This document shows, in pieces, positions 27,467 through 36,355 of a DNA stretch of 56,396 nt. This DNA is from Patescibacteria group bacterium. Its GTDB lineage: Bacteria > Patescibacteriota > Patescibacteriia > Patescibacteriales > UBA12465. The stretch spans positions 17,671 through 74,066 of the forward strand of contig JAQWDY010000004.1 in the NCBI GenBank assembly GCA_028705215.1, given 5' to 3'. Below the pieces are notes generated by a model that was not told where the DNA came from, did no database searches, and saw only the letters and a program-made list of their open reading frames with translations. Both the position numbers and the translations under genes were made by a program. Numbering within the stretch: the first letter of the stretch is position 1; the number at the start of each line of letters is the position of its first letter.

Positions 27467-28933
27467 TTATTTATTTATTGCCAACGTAATACGATTTAGA
27501 GATTCTTCCTTGCCTAATGCCCAGGCAATTTCAAAAGGACTGGGACTATTTTTTAAACCCGACAAAGCTACTCTTAAAGGCCAAAGAAAATCACCATTTT
27601 TTCCATTTTGTTCTTCAATATAAGTAAAAATGCTAGTCTCAAGTTCCTCCTTATTCCATTTTTGATCTGGCACCTTATCTAAAAATTCTAACATAAGTTT
27701 TAAATTTTCCTGTGCCTTTTCCTTATCTATTTTCTTCCATGCTAAAAGCTCACCTTCATAATCAGGTAGCTTTAGAATAAAAGCACTAAGCTCAATGATG
27801 TCCGCTAATTTTTTCATTCTTTCTTGAGACAATGTGATTATCTTTTCCAACTGGCTTTCATTAATTTCAATGTTTTCCGCCACAAAATAAGGACGCACTA
27901 AATCCATTAATTCCGTTTTTGTTTTCTGTCTAATATAATAACCATTTAAATAATCAAGTTTTTCCTCATCAAAAACAGCCGGAGAAGCACCAATATCTTG
28001 AAATCTAAAATTAGAAATAATTTCACCTATTGATAATATTTCTTGTTCACCTTTTGGGTGCCAACCTAAAAGAGCGCAAAAATTAATAATCGCTTCACTT
28101 AAATATCCCTTTTGTATGTAATCTTCAACATAAACATCGCCCTGTCTTTTAGATAGCTTCCCTCCACTTTTATTAAGAATAAGTGGTAGATGAATAAATT
28201 TTGGCGGCTGCCAACCAAAAGCTTGATAGAGCAAAATATTTTTAGGAAAAGAGGGTAACCACTCGTCGCCTCGACTAACATGAGTAATTTCCATTAAATG
28301 ATCGTCTACTACGCTAGCAAACTGATAAGTAGGGACCCCATTTGATTTAACTAAAACATGATCATCTAAATCCTTAATTGGAAAGCTAATATCACCCCTT
28401 ATCTCATCATGAACAATAATATCGCCGTCAAGAGGCATTTTTTGACGAATAACAAACTTCTCACCATTTTTTAATTTATTTTCTATCTCAGTCGAACTTA
28501 AATCACGACAGCACCTATCATATCGTGGCGGTAATTTTTCTTCTTGTTGTTGTAAACGCATTTTTTCTAAACGTTCACTAGTGCAAAAACAACGATAGGC
28601 ACCACCCCTTTCAATTAGTTCATCCGCTAATTTTTGATATTTATCCAGTCTTTGTGTTTGAATATATGGTCCATAATTACCACCTTGTTTTGGCCCTTCA
28701 TCAAATTTAACGTTTAGCCAATCAAAGACTTCAAGCAGCTTGTCTAAAGCGCCTTCTACTTCCCTTTTTTGATCAGTATCTTCAAGTCTAAGAATAAATT
28801 TACCTTTCTGGCTTTTCGCAATAAAATAACCAAAAAGAGCTGAGCGCAAATTACCAATATGTAAAAAACCAGTTGGTGAAGGAGCAAATCGCAAACGAAC
28901 ACCCCCTATTTTTTCTTTATTATCAAAAATCAT
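27467..28933 (-). CDS. gltX: Glutamyl-tRNA synthetase
   Basis: RFAPSPTGFLHIGNLRSAL (HIGH region) and KLSKR (KMSKS). Confidence 0.95.
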   Translation of the reverse strand: MIFDNKEKIGGVRLRFAPSPTGFLHIGNLRSALFGYFIAKSQKGKFILRLEDTDQKREVEGALDKLLEVFDWLNVKFDEGPKQGGNYGPYIQTQRLDKYQKLADELIERGGAYRCFCTSERLEKMRLQQQEEKLPPRYDRCCRDLSSTEIENKLKNGEKFVIRQKMPLDGDIIVHDEIRGDISFPIKDLDDHVLVKSNGVPTYQFASVVDDHLMEITHVSRGDEWLPSFPKNILLYQAFGWQPPKFIHLPLILNKSGGKLSKRQGDVYVEDYIQKGYLSEAIINFCALLGWHPKGEQEILSIGEIISNFRFQDIGASPAVFDEEKLDYLNGYYIRQKTKTELMDLVRPYFVAENIEINESQLEKIITLSQERMKKLADIIELSAFILKLPDYEGELLAWKKIDKEKAQENLKLMLEFLDKVPDQKWNKEELETSIFTYIEEQNGKNGDFLWPLRVALSGLKNSPSPFEIAWALGKEESLNRITLAINK

Positions 28934-28951
28934 AATATTTATAATATTAAT

Positions 28952-29674
28952 TTATCTTTTTGTACTTAAAACTTTATACATAAAAACAACCGTTGCTCGC
29001 CAAATTCTTTTAATTCTTTTCGGCTGGATAATAAGGCGCCATAACCACTCCAGTCCTAAATAACGAAATAATCTAGGCGCTCGCCTTTTTTTGCCGGTAA
29101 TAAAATCAAAGGTGCCGCCAACCCCTAATGCTAAATTAACGTCTTTAAAGTCAGTTAAATTTCCTGCCACCACTTTTTCTTGTTCAGGAAAACCGAGGGC
29201 GACAAACAAAATAGCCGGAGAATAATCATTGATTTTTTTAATAAGTTCTTTGCTTAAACTTGACTCTCTTGGGCTTTTGTAAACTGCAAAATCAAGATTT
29301 ACATATTTTCTCTTCAATGCAGCATTTACTTTTTCAACTGAAGATAACCCCTTTTCCCAGATTATTATTGCTACTTTATAATTATTCTTTTCTGCTAAAG
29401 ATAAAATTTTTAAGCTTAAGTCAGAACCGGTTATTCGAATAATTTTTTCCCCCTTTAAAATTCCAGCAAGTTTTAATCCAAATCCATCTGCTAAAGAAAA
29501 ATCTGCCGCATTAATAATATTTTTTAAATTCTCATCCTTTAAGGTGGCTAGTATAATTTCTGGATTAGGGGTAACAATATAGCGTTTTGTTTTTTTCTCT
29601 AAACCTAACTCAATATCAAAAAGCAGCTGCTCGTAGCTTAAACCACTTAATTTTATTCCCAAAATATTTGCCAT
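28952..29674 (-). CDS. WecB/TagA/CpsF-family glycosyltransferase
   Basis: N-terminus MANILGIKL plus ADGFGL, GFPEQE and LGLEWLWRL motifs. The start is moved from the track's TTG (29725) to ATG 29674. Confidence 0.85.
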   Translation of the reverse strand: MANILGIKLSGLSYEQLLFDIELGLEKKTKRYIVTPNPEIILATLKDENLKNIINAADFSLADGFGLKLAGILKGEKIIRITGSDLSLKILSLAEKNNYKVAIIIWEKGLSSVEKVNAALKRKYVNLDFAVYKSPRESSLSKELIKKINDYSPAILFVALGFPEQEKVVAGNLTDFKDVNLALGVGGTFDFITGKKRRAPRLFRYLGLEWLWRLIIQPKRIKRIWRATVVFMYKVLSTKR

Positions 29675-29736
29675 ATGATATAATCTAGATGACCTAATTT
29701 TATTATAAATATTGGCTTTAGTCAAAATTATTTAAT

Positions 29737-30702
29737 ATGAAATCCTATAAAAAAATATCTGAAAAAATAGAATATATTGATATTGACAACCCTCGTAATA
29801 AGAGCGAAGGGGTTCGTTGGGTAAATATAATTAATGCTGGTAAAGTAGAAATTAATTATTTACGTAAAAATTATAACTTTGATCTTTCTCATTTACGCTT
29901 AACGGCCGCCTCCTTTGTCGCCCAACGACCAATTGTTTTTAAGGGCCCTTCTTATCTTTTTTTAATTTTACACTTCCCTACTTTAGAAGGCGATAAAATA
30001 ATTGCTGGAGAAATTGACTTTTTTGTTGGTCACGAATTTTTAATAACTATTTCTAATAATAACCTTCCTTCCTTAAATCATTTCTTTAATTTAGGAAAAA
30101 AGGACCCTAATTCTCTTCTTTCTTTTACAACCGAATCATCTGCTATTTTATTATATGAGATATTGGAACGATTAATTAATGACTGTTTTAACTTACTAGA
30201 CAATAACAGTCTAGAAATTAAAAAGGTAGAAAATTTAATTTTTTCTAATGAGCAATCTAAGGCGGTGCAGAAAATTTTATTACTTCGACGCAACATAATT
30301 AACATTAGAAAGATAATGCAAAATCATAAGAATATTCTCAAAGAATTAACTAAAATGAAAAGTAGCTTAGTTGATCCTATGGCAATAAAAAAGTATTATG
30401 AAATTCTTGTTGCAGATTCAAAGCGCCTTTGGGAAAATCTTGATAACCAAAAAGAAATGATAGAAGTTTTAAACAGCACTAACGAATCAATGTTAAATGG
30501 GCAAATGAATATAATAATGAAGACTTTAACTGTTTTTTCTGTTATTGTTTTTCCCCTTTCACTTTTAGCAGGAATTTTCGGAATGAACGCTGTTAACATG
30601 CCCCTTGTTGATTCTAGTAACGGATTTTGGTTAATTTTAGGCATCATGTTTATAGGAAGCTTAGGTATGGTTATTTATTTTAAATACAGAAAATGGATTT
30701 AA
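29737..30702 (+). CDS. corA: Magnesium/cobalt transporter CorA
   Basis: 321 aa with two C-terminal TM helices and the GMN motif (IFGMNAVNMP). Confidence 0.9.
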   Translation: MKSYKKISEKIEYIDIDNPRNKSEGVRWVNIINAGKVEINYLRKNYNFDLSHLRLTAASFVAQRPIVFKGPSYLFLILHFPTLEGDKIIAGEIDFFVGHEFLITISNNNLPSLNHFFNLGKKDPNSLLSFTTESSAILLYEILERLINDCFNLLDNNSLEIKKVENLIFSNEQSKAVQKILLLRRNIINIRKIMQNHKNILKELTKMKSSLVDPMAIKKYYEILVADSKRLWENLDNQKEMIEVLNSTNESMLNGQMNIIMKTLTVFSVIVFPLSLLAGIFGMNAVNMPLVDSSNGFWLILGIMFIGSLGMVIYFKYRKWI

Positions 30703-30721
30703 ATTAATTTTTTTAGATAAG

Positions 30722-30760
30722 AAAAAAGCCACCTATTTTTATTAAGTGGCTTTTATTTTG
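30722..30760. terminator. Bidirectional terminator between corA (+) and the lipoprotein gene (-)
   Basis: AAAAGCCACCT...AAGTGGCTTTT followed by a T-run. Confidence 0.7.
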
Positions 30761-30761
30761 A

Positions 30762-31559
30762 TTATAAATTATAAACCTCTCCTTCACTGATAATGTCTCC
30801 ATCTTTGTTTAACTGGAACCAAATTAGTCCAGGATTATCATTACGCAAATAAGATGATCCGGATAAATTAAGCCAGTTTCCCAAATCGTCAACTAAGGCT
30901 GCATTGTAGAGAAAACCTGTCTTTAAGGTAACCTCAATGCCCACATACTTAGCACCTGATTGGACTTTAGTGGCCTTATCATCTTCAATGATGTAACCAC
31001 TATCTCCAGAAACTTGCTTCTTTTCCCAGTCAAAAATGTTGCCATCGCAATAGCAACTTTCAAGGTCTTTTCCATTTAGCCTTTCAAGGTTAAAGAGAAG
31101 TGTAACAGCAAAGGTGCCAGCACTCTTTGGTTCAGAAAATATTTGCACCGGTTCGTGCTTTTTTATATCTTCTACAACCGAAACCTCAAATACTTGAGAT
31201 TTCTTTTGGCCATCACTTTGAGTGGCTGTAACTGATATGCTCACATCTTTTACCTCGTCAAATTTGTGAGAAACGACAAGACCCTGATAACTATTCTCTT
31301 CAATCTTCCACTGAGCATCTTTTATTTCCTCACCTTTAAGTGAAGAAATCTCCATTTTCACATCCTTATCCTTTTGGATATAAATATGATAATGAGAGTT
31401 AAATCCCTGCTGAGTTGTGATCAATAATTGATCAGTGCTTGTAACATTTTCTGTGGTTTCAATTTCCTCTTCAAAATCAAATGGTTCATATTCAATTTTT
31501 TCACAACTAAATGCAAAAAAGACAAATAAGAACAAAAACAACAATTTTCCCTTTTTCAT
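30762..31559 (-). CDS. Putative lipoprotein, unknown function
   Basis: Signal peptide with a lipobox-like FAFSC. Strong SD (AGGAGG, 8 nt before the ATG). Beta-rich sequence. Confidence 0.6.
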   Translation of the reverse strand: MKKGKLLFLFLFVFFAFSCEKIEYEPFDFEEEIETTENVTSTDQLLITTQQGFNSHYHIYIQKDKDVKMEISSLKGEEIKDAQWKIEENSYQGLVVSHKFDEVKDVSISVTATQSDGQKKSQVFEVSVVEDIKKHEPVQIFSEPKSAGTFAVTLLFNLERLNGKDLESCYCDGNIFDWEKKQVSGDSGYIIEDDKATKVQSGAKYVGIEVTLKTGFLYNAALVDDLGNWLNLSGSSYLRNDNPGLIWFQLNKDGDIISEGEVYNL

Positions 31560-31618
31560 TTTTTAGTCCTCCTATTTTTTTATTTGTTTTTTCAATGTAC
31601 GTTTATTATAAATAAATT

Positions 31619-32707
31619 TTATTTCTTATAAATTGCTAGAGTATCAGCCGAAATCTTATCCCAATTATAAATAGTTTCTGCTCTTTTCTGTGCTAGTTGG
31701 GAAAACTCTTTCATCTTATCTTCGTTGCGCAAAGCAAATTCAATCTTTTCTTGTAAATCATTTTCATCTTTAGATTTAAAATACAAAGCGGTATCAGCAG
31801 CGGCTTCACGATTAGCTGGAATATCGCTAATTACATTACTAAGCCCATGCGCCATCGCCTCAAGGAGTGAAATTGATAATCCCTCCATTTCCGATGATTG
31901 TACAAATAACTTAGCGTTAGAATAAAGTTGATTTAAATTTTCTCCTGTCTGATTGCCACAAAAAATAATGCGTTTATCATTCTCTGCCAATCTCTCTAGT
32001 TCAGCTTGATACTCACCATCGCCTACTATTGCTAACTTTATATTTTGATCTTTGATATTTTTGAAAGAATTTATTAAATACTGAATACCTTTCAATCTTA
32101 TTAAACGAGAAATGCTAACAATATATTTTTTTGACTCTAATCCAAAGGCAATTAATTTATTGCTTTTATCAGTTTTATTAATAAAAGCGCCATTGGGAAT
32201 GATAACACTTTCCCGTCCATGTCTTTGTAATAAGTAATCATGCATTAAATCGGTTAAAACAATTACTTGATGCGCATAACGACACATGGTCTTTTCACCT
32301 AGTTTCAACATAAACTTAGCAAAAGAGCTCCATTTATCATTACCATAATCAAAGCTATGTAAAGTTGAAATTACTACAATTTTAGGAGCAAATAATCTCG
32401 GTATCCAAGTTAAAAGCGAGGGACCAATTCCATGATAATGAATTACATCAACCTTTTTAAAAATAGCATCAAAAGTTGCTAGAAAACCATGAGTAATGGC
32501 CGCTAAATTTTTATTATTTATAAAAGGTAGGTGAATAATGCGAACACCTTTCCATTCATTTATTTGCTCTGGTAAATAATTACGACGATTATAAACTATC
32601 ACTTTCTGATTTTTTGCCGCCAGAAAAACAGCCAAGTTTTCAACATGACGATCAACGCCACCGCTTATAGTTGGTATTCCCTTTTGTCCAATAAAGGCTA
32701 TTTTCAT
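31619..32707 (-). CDS. Glycosyltransferase family 4 (GT-B)
   Basis: MKIAFIGQKGIP...GGVDRHV N-terminus and the C-terminal E-x7-E-type region SEMEGLSISLLEAMAHG. The start is moved to ATG 32707 (the track start is a TTG). Confidence 0.85.
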   Translation of the reverse strand: MKIAFIGQKGIPTISGGVDRHVENLAVFLAAKNQKVIVYNRRNYLPEQINEWKGVRIIHLPFINNKNLAAITHGFLATFDAIFKKVDVIHYHGIGPSLLTWIPRLFAPKIVVISTLHSFDYGNDKWSSFAKFMLKLGEKTMCRYAHQVIVLTDLMHDYLLQRHGRESVIIPNGAFINKTDKSNKLIAFGLESKKYIVSISRLIRLKGIQYLINSFKNIKDQNIKLAIVGDGEYQAELERLAENDKRIIFCGNQTGENLNQLYSNAKLFVQSSEMEGLSISLLEAMAHGLSNVISDIPANREAAADTALYFKSKDENDLQEKIEFALRNEDKMKEFSQLAQKRAETIYNWDKISADTLAIYKK

Positions 32708-32754
32708 AATATTTATAAATAATAACAATAATAATACTTCAAACTGTCAAGATA

Positions 32755-32783
32755 AGTCTATCATATAAAATAATATTTGTCAA
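32755..32783 (-). promoter_or_regulatory. Promoter TTGACA-N17-TAGACT for the GT4 gene 31619-32707; a second TTGACA lies at 32745-32750
   Basis: -35 at 32778-32783 and -10 at 32755-32760 (minus strand). Confidence 0.5.
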
Positions 32784-32802
32784 GAGATAGAAATAAAATA
32801 TT

Positions 32803-32838
32803 AAAAAGCTCATTTTAAAAAATGAGCTAATTTTTTTC
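32803..32838 (-). terminator. Terminator downstream of the MscS gene
   Basis: AGCTCATTTT / AAAATGAGCT with flanking A/T runs. Confidence 0.65.
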
Positions 32839-32852
32839 TATTTTTAGGTAAA

Positions 32853-33914
32853 TTAAGCTGTCTTTTGATAATGCAATTGAGTAGGATAAGCAAAGCTTAT
32901 TCCCTGCTTATTAAATTGGCTAAAGATATCAAGGTTAATTTTTTCTAAAATATCTAAAAAATCATTGTAACTTTTTACATCAATAAAAATAGATACCTCA
33001 AAATTCAAACTAAAATCACCATAACTTTTAAAGTGGCAACGATCTAAATTTGCCTTTTCTTGTTTATCAACAATAGAGGCAATAATTTTTGGAATAGACT
33101 CTAATTGGGTACGACTAGTCTCATATATTATTCCTAGATTAAAAAGAGCTCGACGACGATGTAGTTTTTGAAAATTCTCCACTCTCGCCTTTGTTAATTC
33201 TTGATTAGAAATAATTAATAGTTGCCCATCTAGCGTTCGTAAATGAGTTGTTTTTATGCCAATTTTTTCTACAGTACCCATATCAGCGCTAACTTTAATA
33301 AAGTCACCAACTTTAAAGGGCTTATCAATTAAAATTGAGAAACTAGAAAATATATCAGCTAATATGTTTTGTAAAGCTAGGGCAACAGCGATTCCGCCAA
33401 TTCCCAAACCAGCTATTAAAGAAGTAATATTTACCCCCATGTTAGCCAGTATTAATAATAAACCCAAGCTCCAAAGAATAATTTGTATAAAAACATTTAA
33501 TGTTTTTACTGTAGATTGCGCCTGGCTATCATCATCATTTCTTTTAATCGCCTTATACGCTAAAACCTTCAATAAATAACTAGAAGCCTTGATCCCCTCG
33601 TAGACAATAACAAGAATGAATAGTAGATAAATTGCCTTACTTAAAAAATTACTTAAATTTAAAAAATTTGAAGCCAAATAAAGCGAAATCACAAGATAAA
33701 AAAATGATTTTATTTTAAATATAATACCGATCAAGGTGTCATCGTAATTATTTTTTGTTCTTTTTGCAATTTTATGCAAGCGTGCTAAGATCACTTTCTT
33801 TACAATTAACAAGATAAGTAAACAAATAGCAAAAACCGCTAAAGCAAGTAAATAGTCCTTGCCAGAATTGCCATAAAAATTAAAACTTAATATTTTATTT
33901 ATAATATCTTCCAT
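32853..33914 (-). CDS. Small-conductance mechanosensitive channel (MscS family)
   Basis: Several N-terminal TM helices, the pore helix GLGIGGIAVALALQNILADIFSS and the beta-domain PFKVGDFIKV...GTVEKIGIKTTHLRTLDG. Confidence 0.88.
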   Translation of the reverse strand: MEDIINKILSFNFYGNSGKDYLLALAVFAICLLILLIVKKVILARLHKIAKRTKNNYDDTLIGIIFKIKSFFYLVISLYLASNFLNLSNFLSKAIYLLFILVIVYEGIKASSYLLKVLAYKAIKRNDDDSQAQSTVKTLNVFIQIILWSLGLLLILANMGVNITSLIAGLGIGGIAVALALQNILADIFSSFSILIDKPFKVGDFIKVSADMGTVEKIGIKTTHLRTLDGQLLIISNQELTKARVENFQKLHRRRALFNLGIIYETSRTQLESIPKIIASIVDKQEKANLDRCHFKSYGDFSLNFEVSIFIDVKSYNDFLDILEKINLDIFSQFNKQGISFAYPTQLHYQKTA

Positions 33915-33974
33915 ATGTTTTTTTTAATTATTACAAGGCTTATCTTATAATCTTATCATAAAAAACGCAAATTT

Positions 33975-34012
33975 AAGAAAAAGCCCCTGAATAATAATTA
34001 TTCAGGGGCTAC
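33975..34012 (-). terminator. Terminator downstream of the lipoprotein gene 34024-34749
   Basis: AGCCCCTGAAT (33982-33992) pairs with ATTCAGGGGCT (34000-34010). An A-run on the + strand gives a U-run on the - strand. Confidence 0.75.
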
Positions 34013-34023
34013 TTATTTAAAAT

Positions 34024-34749
34024 TTACTGAGTCTTATAGATCCAGTAATCTCCGCTTTTTGTCATTTTGCGGAGGTTCCAACCGGTAAATGGGGCCTTAA
34101 TCTCAACCACATTATCAAATGGCACGCCTCCAGACCGAAGACTTTCCATAATTAATGTGTTTGAAACATAGAAAACACCTTGATTGGTGATCCCGTAATC
34201 ACCTTGATAACCTTCTGTGGGCTCAACTAAAAAGTTATAACCTTTTATTTGATTATCAATGATGGGATTGTTAAACCGGACCCCCTGATTCATTGCGTAG
34301 TGAGGAAAATACATGTCCTCTCTCTTGTTAACTCTAATGCAGTAAAGTATTTCACCTCCCTGCCTTAAGTAGTCCAGATTTACTAATCCTGGCATTACTG
34401 AAGAAGGAGCGGTCCTTGTTTTAGCAACCGGGGCTGGAGTAGGCGGTGTTGATATAGGCTTTGAAACAGGAGTTGTAGATTTTTTAGTTGTAGATGAAGT
34501 GCTTTTTGGCGCGCTAGCTCTTGGAGCGGGCGCTGACTTTGGCACAACTGTTTCAACTTCTACTGGCGTGACGACTTCAATCGCCTGAACATTCCCCATC
34601 TCCCACAACTTCTCCAAAAAAGTCACTCTCTCCTGGAGGCGAGCAACTTCAATTCGCAACTCTTCGCAGCAATCTTCTGCTACAACAACTTCCTTTTTGC
34701 CACAGGCGGTAAAAAGGATCACAAATAATACAAAAATAATCTTTTTCAT
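34024..34749 (-). CDS. Lipoprotein with a Pro/Ser/Thr-rich linker and a C-terminal domain paralogous to ORF 35822-36301
   Basis: Lipobox LFTAC, short coiled segment, PAPRASAPKSTSSTTKKSTTPVSKPISTPPTPAP linker and the shared domain GYNFLVEPTEGYQGDYGITNQGVFYVSNTLIMESL. Confidence 0.6.
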   Translation of the reverse strand: MKKIIFVLFVILFTACGKKEVVVAEDCCEELRIEVARLQERVTFLEKLWEMGNVQAIEVVTPVEVETVVPKSAPAPRASAPKSTSSTTKKSTTPVSKPISTPPTPAPVAKTRTAPSSVMPGLVNLDYLRQGGEILYCIRVNKREDMYFPHYAMNQGVRFNNPIIDNQIKGYNFLVEPTEGYQGDYGITNQGVFYVSNTLIMESLRSGGVPFDNVVEIKAPFTGWNLRKMTKSGDYWIYKTQ

Positions 34750-34777
34750 CTTTTCTACTTTTTTAGTTTTACTTCTA

Positions 34778-35659
34778 TTAATTCGTTTTTTTCATATTAA
34801 AGGGCATGAAATTTATGCCAAACACAATTTGACTGCTGCTGAGATTTTTCTCAAAGCTACCTACTTGTTTTTTCAAGAGCAAATAAACTGAAAGGAAATC
34901 ATCCCAACCTTTTTTCTTTAGAGCGAACTCCGGCCCAATAGCCAACCAGTTGGATTTATTACCTTTATAATGGTAATAACCAACATAAAGCTTTGGCTCC
35001 AGTTGCGTCCTTGATCCAAAACTAATGATGCTTTCCTTTAATTCTAAACTAAAGGATGAATTATCATAATGATAACTCTCATCAATTAATTTTTCATCCC
35101 AATAGGCCTCTCGACTTGCGCTGATAGGTTTTTGAAAAAATAAACGAATTTGTGTTCTTGGAAAGAACTCATTGCCTTCATTAATTTTTTTCAAAAAATT
35201 TAAATTTAATTCACCAGAAAAAATCACGTCTTTCTGATTCATAGAAAAATTTCCTAACAGGCCATCGTTACCCAGCGATTCACCATTACCTGAATCTAAA
35301 TTCCGCTTTAACATTAAGTTAGAGCCGAAATATCCAGAATGCGTGAGAGATAAATCATGGACATATTTCCCAACAGCTAAACCGCCACCAAAACTAGAAC
35401 TATTACCAGAATAGGTGTCAGTCCTGTCATTACTCTTGAAGCCAGTTGAACTGGCAACAACACTCATGCCAATATTCCAACCATTGGTTTTAATGGGCAT
35501 ATATTCGGCATACATACCATACCAATAACCGGAATTATTAGTGTTCTGCGTCGCCACATGCCCGCCACCAAAAAGTGACAAATTGGCATTATCACGAAAT
35601 TGCGCACTAAGCGCGAATGTTGTGATAAGCAAAAGAAAAATCACAATAATTTTCTTCAT
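34778..35659 (-). CDS. Secreted beta-barrel-like protein (OMP-like strand periodicity), unknown family
   Basis: Signal peptide MKKIIVIFLLLITTFALSAQ, followed by ~10-12 alternating hydrophobic/polar strands separated by G/S/N-rich turns. Has its own TTGACA-N17-TATTAT promoter. Confidence 0.5.
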   Translation of the reverse strand: MKKIIVIFLLLITTFALSAQFRDNANLSLFGGGHVATQNTNNSGYWYGMYAEYMPIKTNGWNIGMSVVASSTGFKSNDRTDTYSGNSSSFGGGLAVGKYVHDLSLTHSGYFGSNLMLKRNLDSGNGESLGNDGLLGNFSMNQKDVIFSGELNLNFLKKINEGNEFFPRTQIRLFFQKPISASREAYWDEKLIDESYHYDNSSFSLELKESIISFGSRTQLEPKLYVGYYHYKGNKSNWLAIGPEFALKKKGWDDFLSVYLLLKKQVGSFEKNLSSSQIVFGINFMPFNMKKTN

Positions 35660-35717
35660 TTTCTATATAGTTTTTGTTGTTAATGTTCACTGATATATGA
35701 TATTAAATCATTAAATC

Positions 35718-35746
35718 ATAATACACTATTTTTAAATATATGTCAA
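35718..35746 (-). promoter_or_regulatory. Promoter TTGACA-N17-TATTAT for the beta-barrel-like gene plus lipoprotein gene
   Basis: -35 at 35741-35746 and -10 at 35718-35723 (minus strand). Confidence 0.6.
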
Positions 35747-35773
35747 GTATTTCAACTTTTATAATTTAATTAA

Positions 35774-35806
35774 GAAAAAAACCTCATACTTTCGCATGAG
35801 GTTTAA
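35774..35806 (-). terminator. Terminator downstream of ORF 35822-36301
   Basis: AAACCTCAT (35779-35787) pairs with ATGAGGTTT (35796-35804), preceded by A6 on the + strand. Confidence 0.7.
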
Positions 35807-35821
35807 ATTTTTATTATATAT

Positions 35822-36301
35822 CTACAATTGATAGATATAAACTATGCCAGAAGGCCACTCCACCCTTTTAAGAGGTGCTGGTGACCAAGCAGTGGCATCG
35901 CACATTATTTCAGCGTACTCACTCATTCCAGCCTCTAAAAGAAGACTTTCTTTGATAAAAAATATACCATCTGCAGTTATACCTCTTGCCTCCTCTCCAG
36001 TTGCTGTGTGTGGCAGGGCCCAATTATAGCCACCAACACCATTAGGATAAGCTTCGCTCATCTCACTGGGTAATAATTCCGGTAGATGTCCATCTCCTCT
36101 TCCGTCCAAACGAACAGAAATTACAGTAGTGTTAAGCGGTGCTTGGGCCGCCGTCGCTTGCAGTGTTGGGGCAAAAGAGAGATTTGCAGGCTCAGTATCT
36201 TTGTTTTTTTGATTACTGAACATATCTACACCAACATAAATCACAAAGGCAAGGAAAAAGATCCACGCCAAATAAACTGAAAAATTCTTTCTTCTTCTCA
36301 T
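35822..36301 (-). CDS. Membrane-anchored protein with a C-terminal domain paralogous to ORF 34024-34749
   Basis: N-terminal TM helix (VYLAWIFFLAFVIYVGV), the shared domain GYNWALPHTATGEEARGITADGIFFIKESLLLEAG and a strong SD (AAGGAG). Confidence 0.55.
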   Translation of the reverse strand: MRRRKNFSVYLAWIFFLAFVIYVGVDMFSNQKNKDTEPANLSFAPTLQATAAQAPLNTTVISVRLDGRGDGHLPELLPSEMSEAYPNGVGGYNWALPHTATGEEARGITADGIFFIKESLLLEAGMSEYAEIMCDATAWSPAPLKRVEWPSGIVYIYQL

Positions 36302-36355
36302 TTTTAAGTCTCCTTACTTTAAGTTGTTAATAGTACATTTTAAAATTTATAGATT

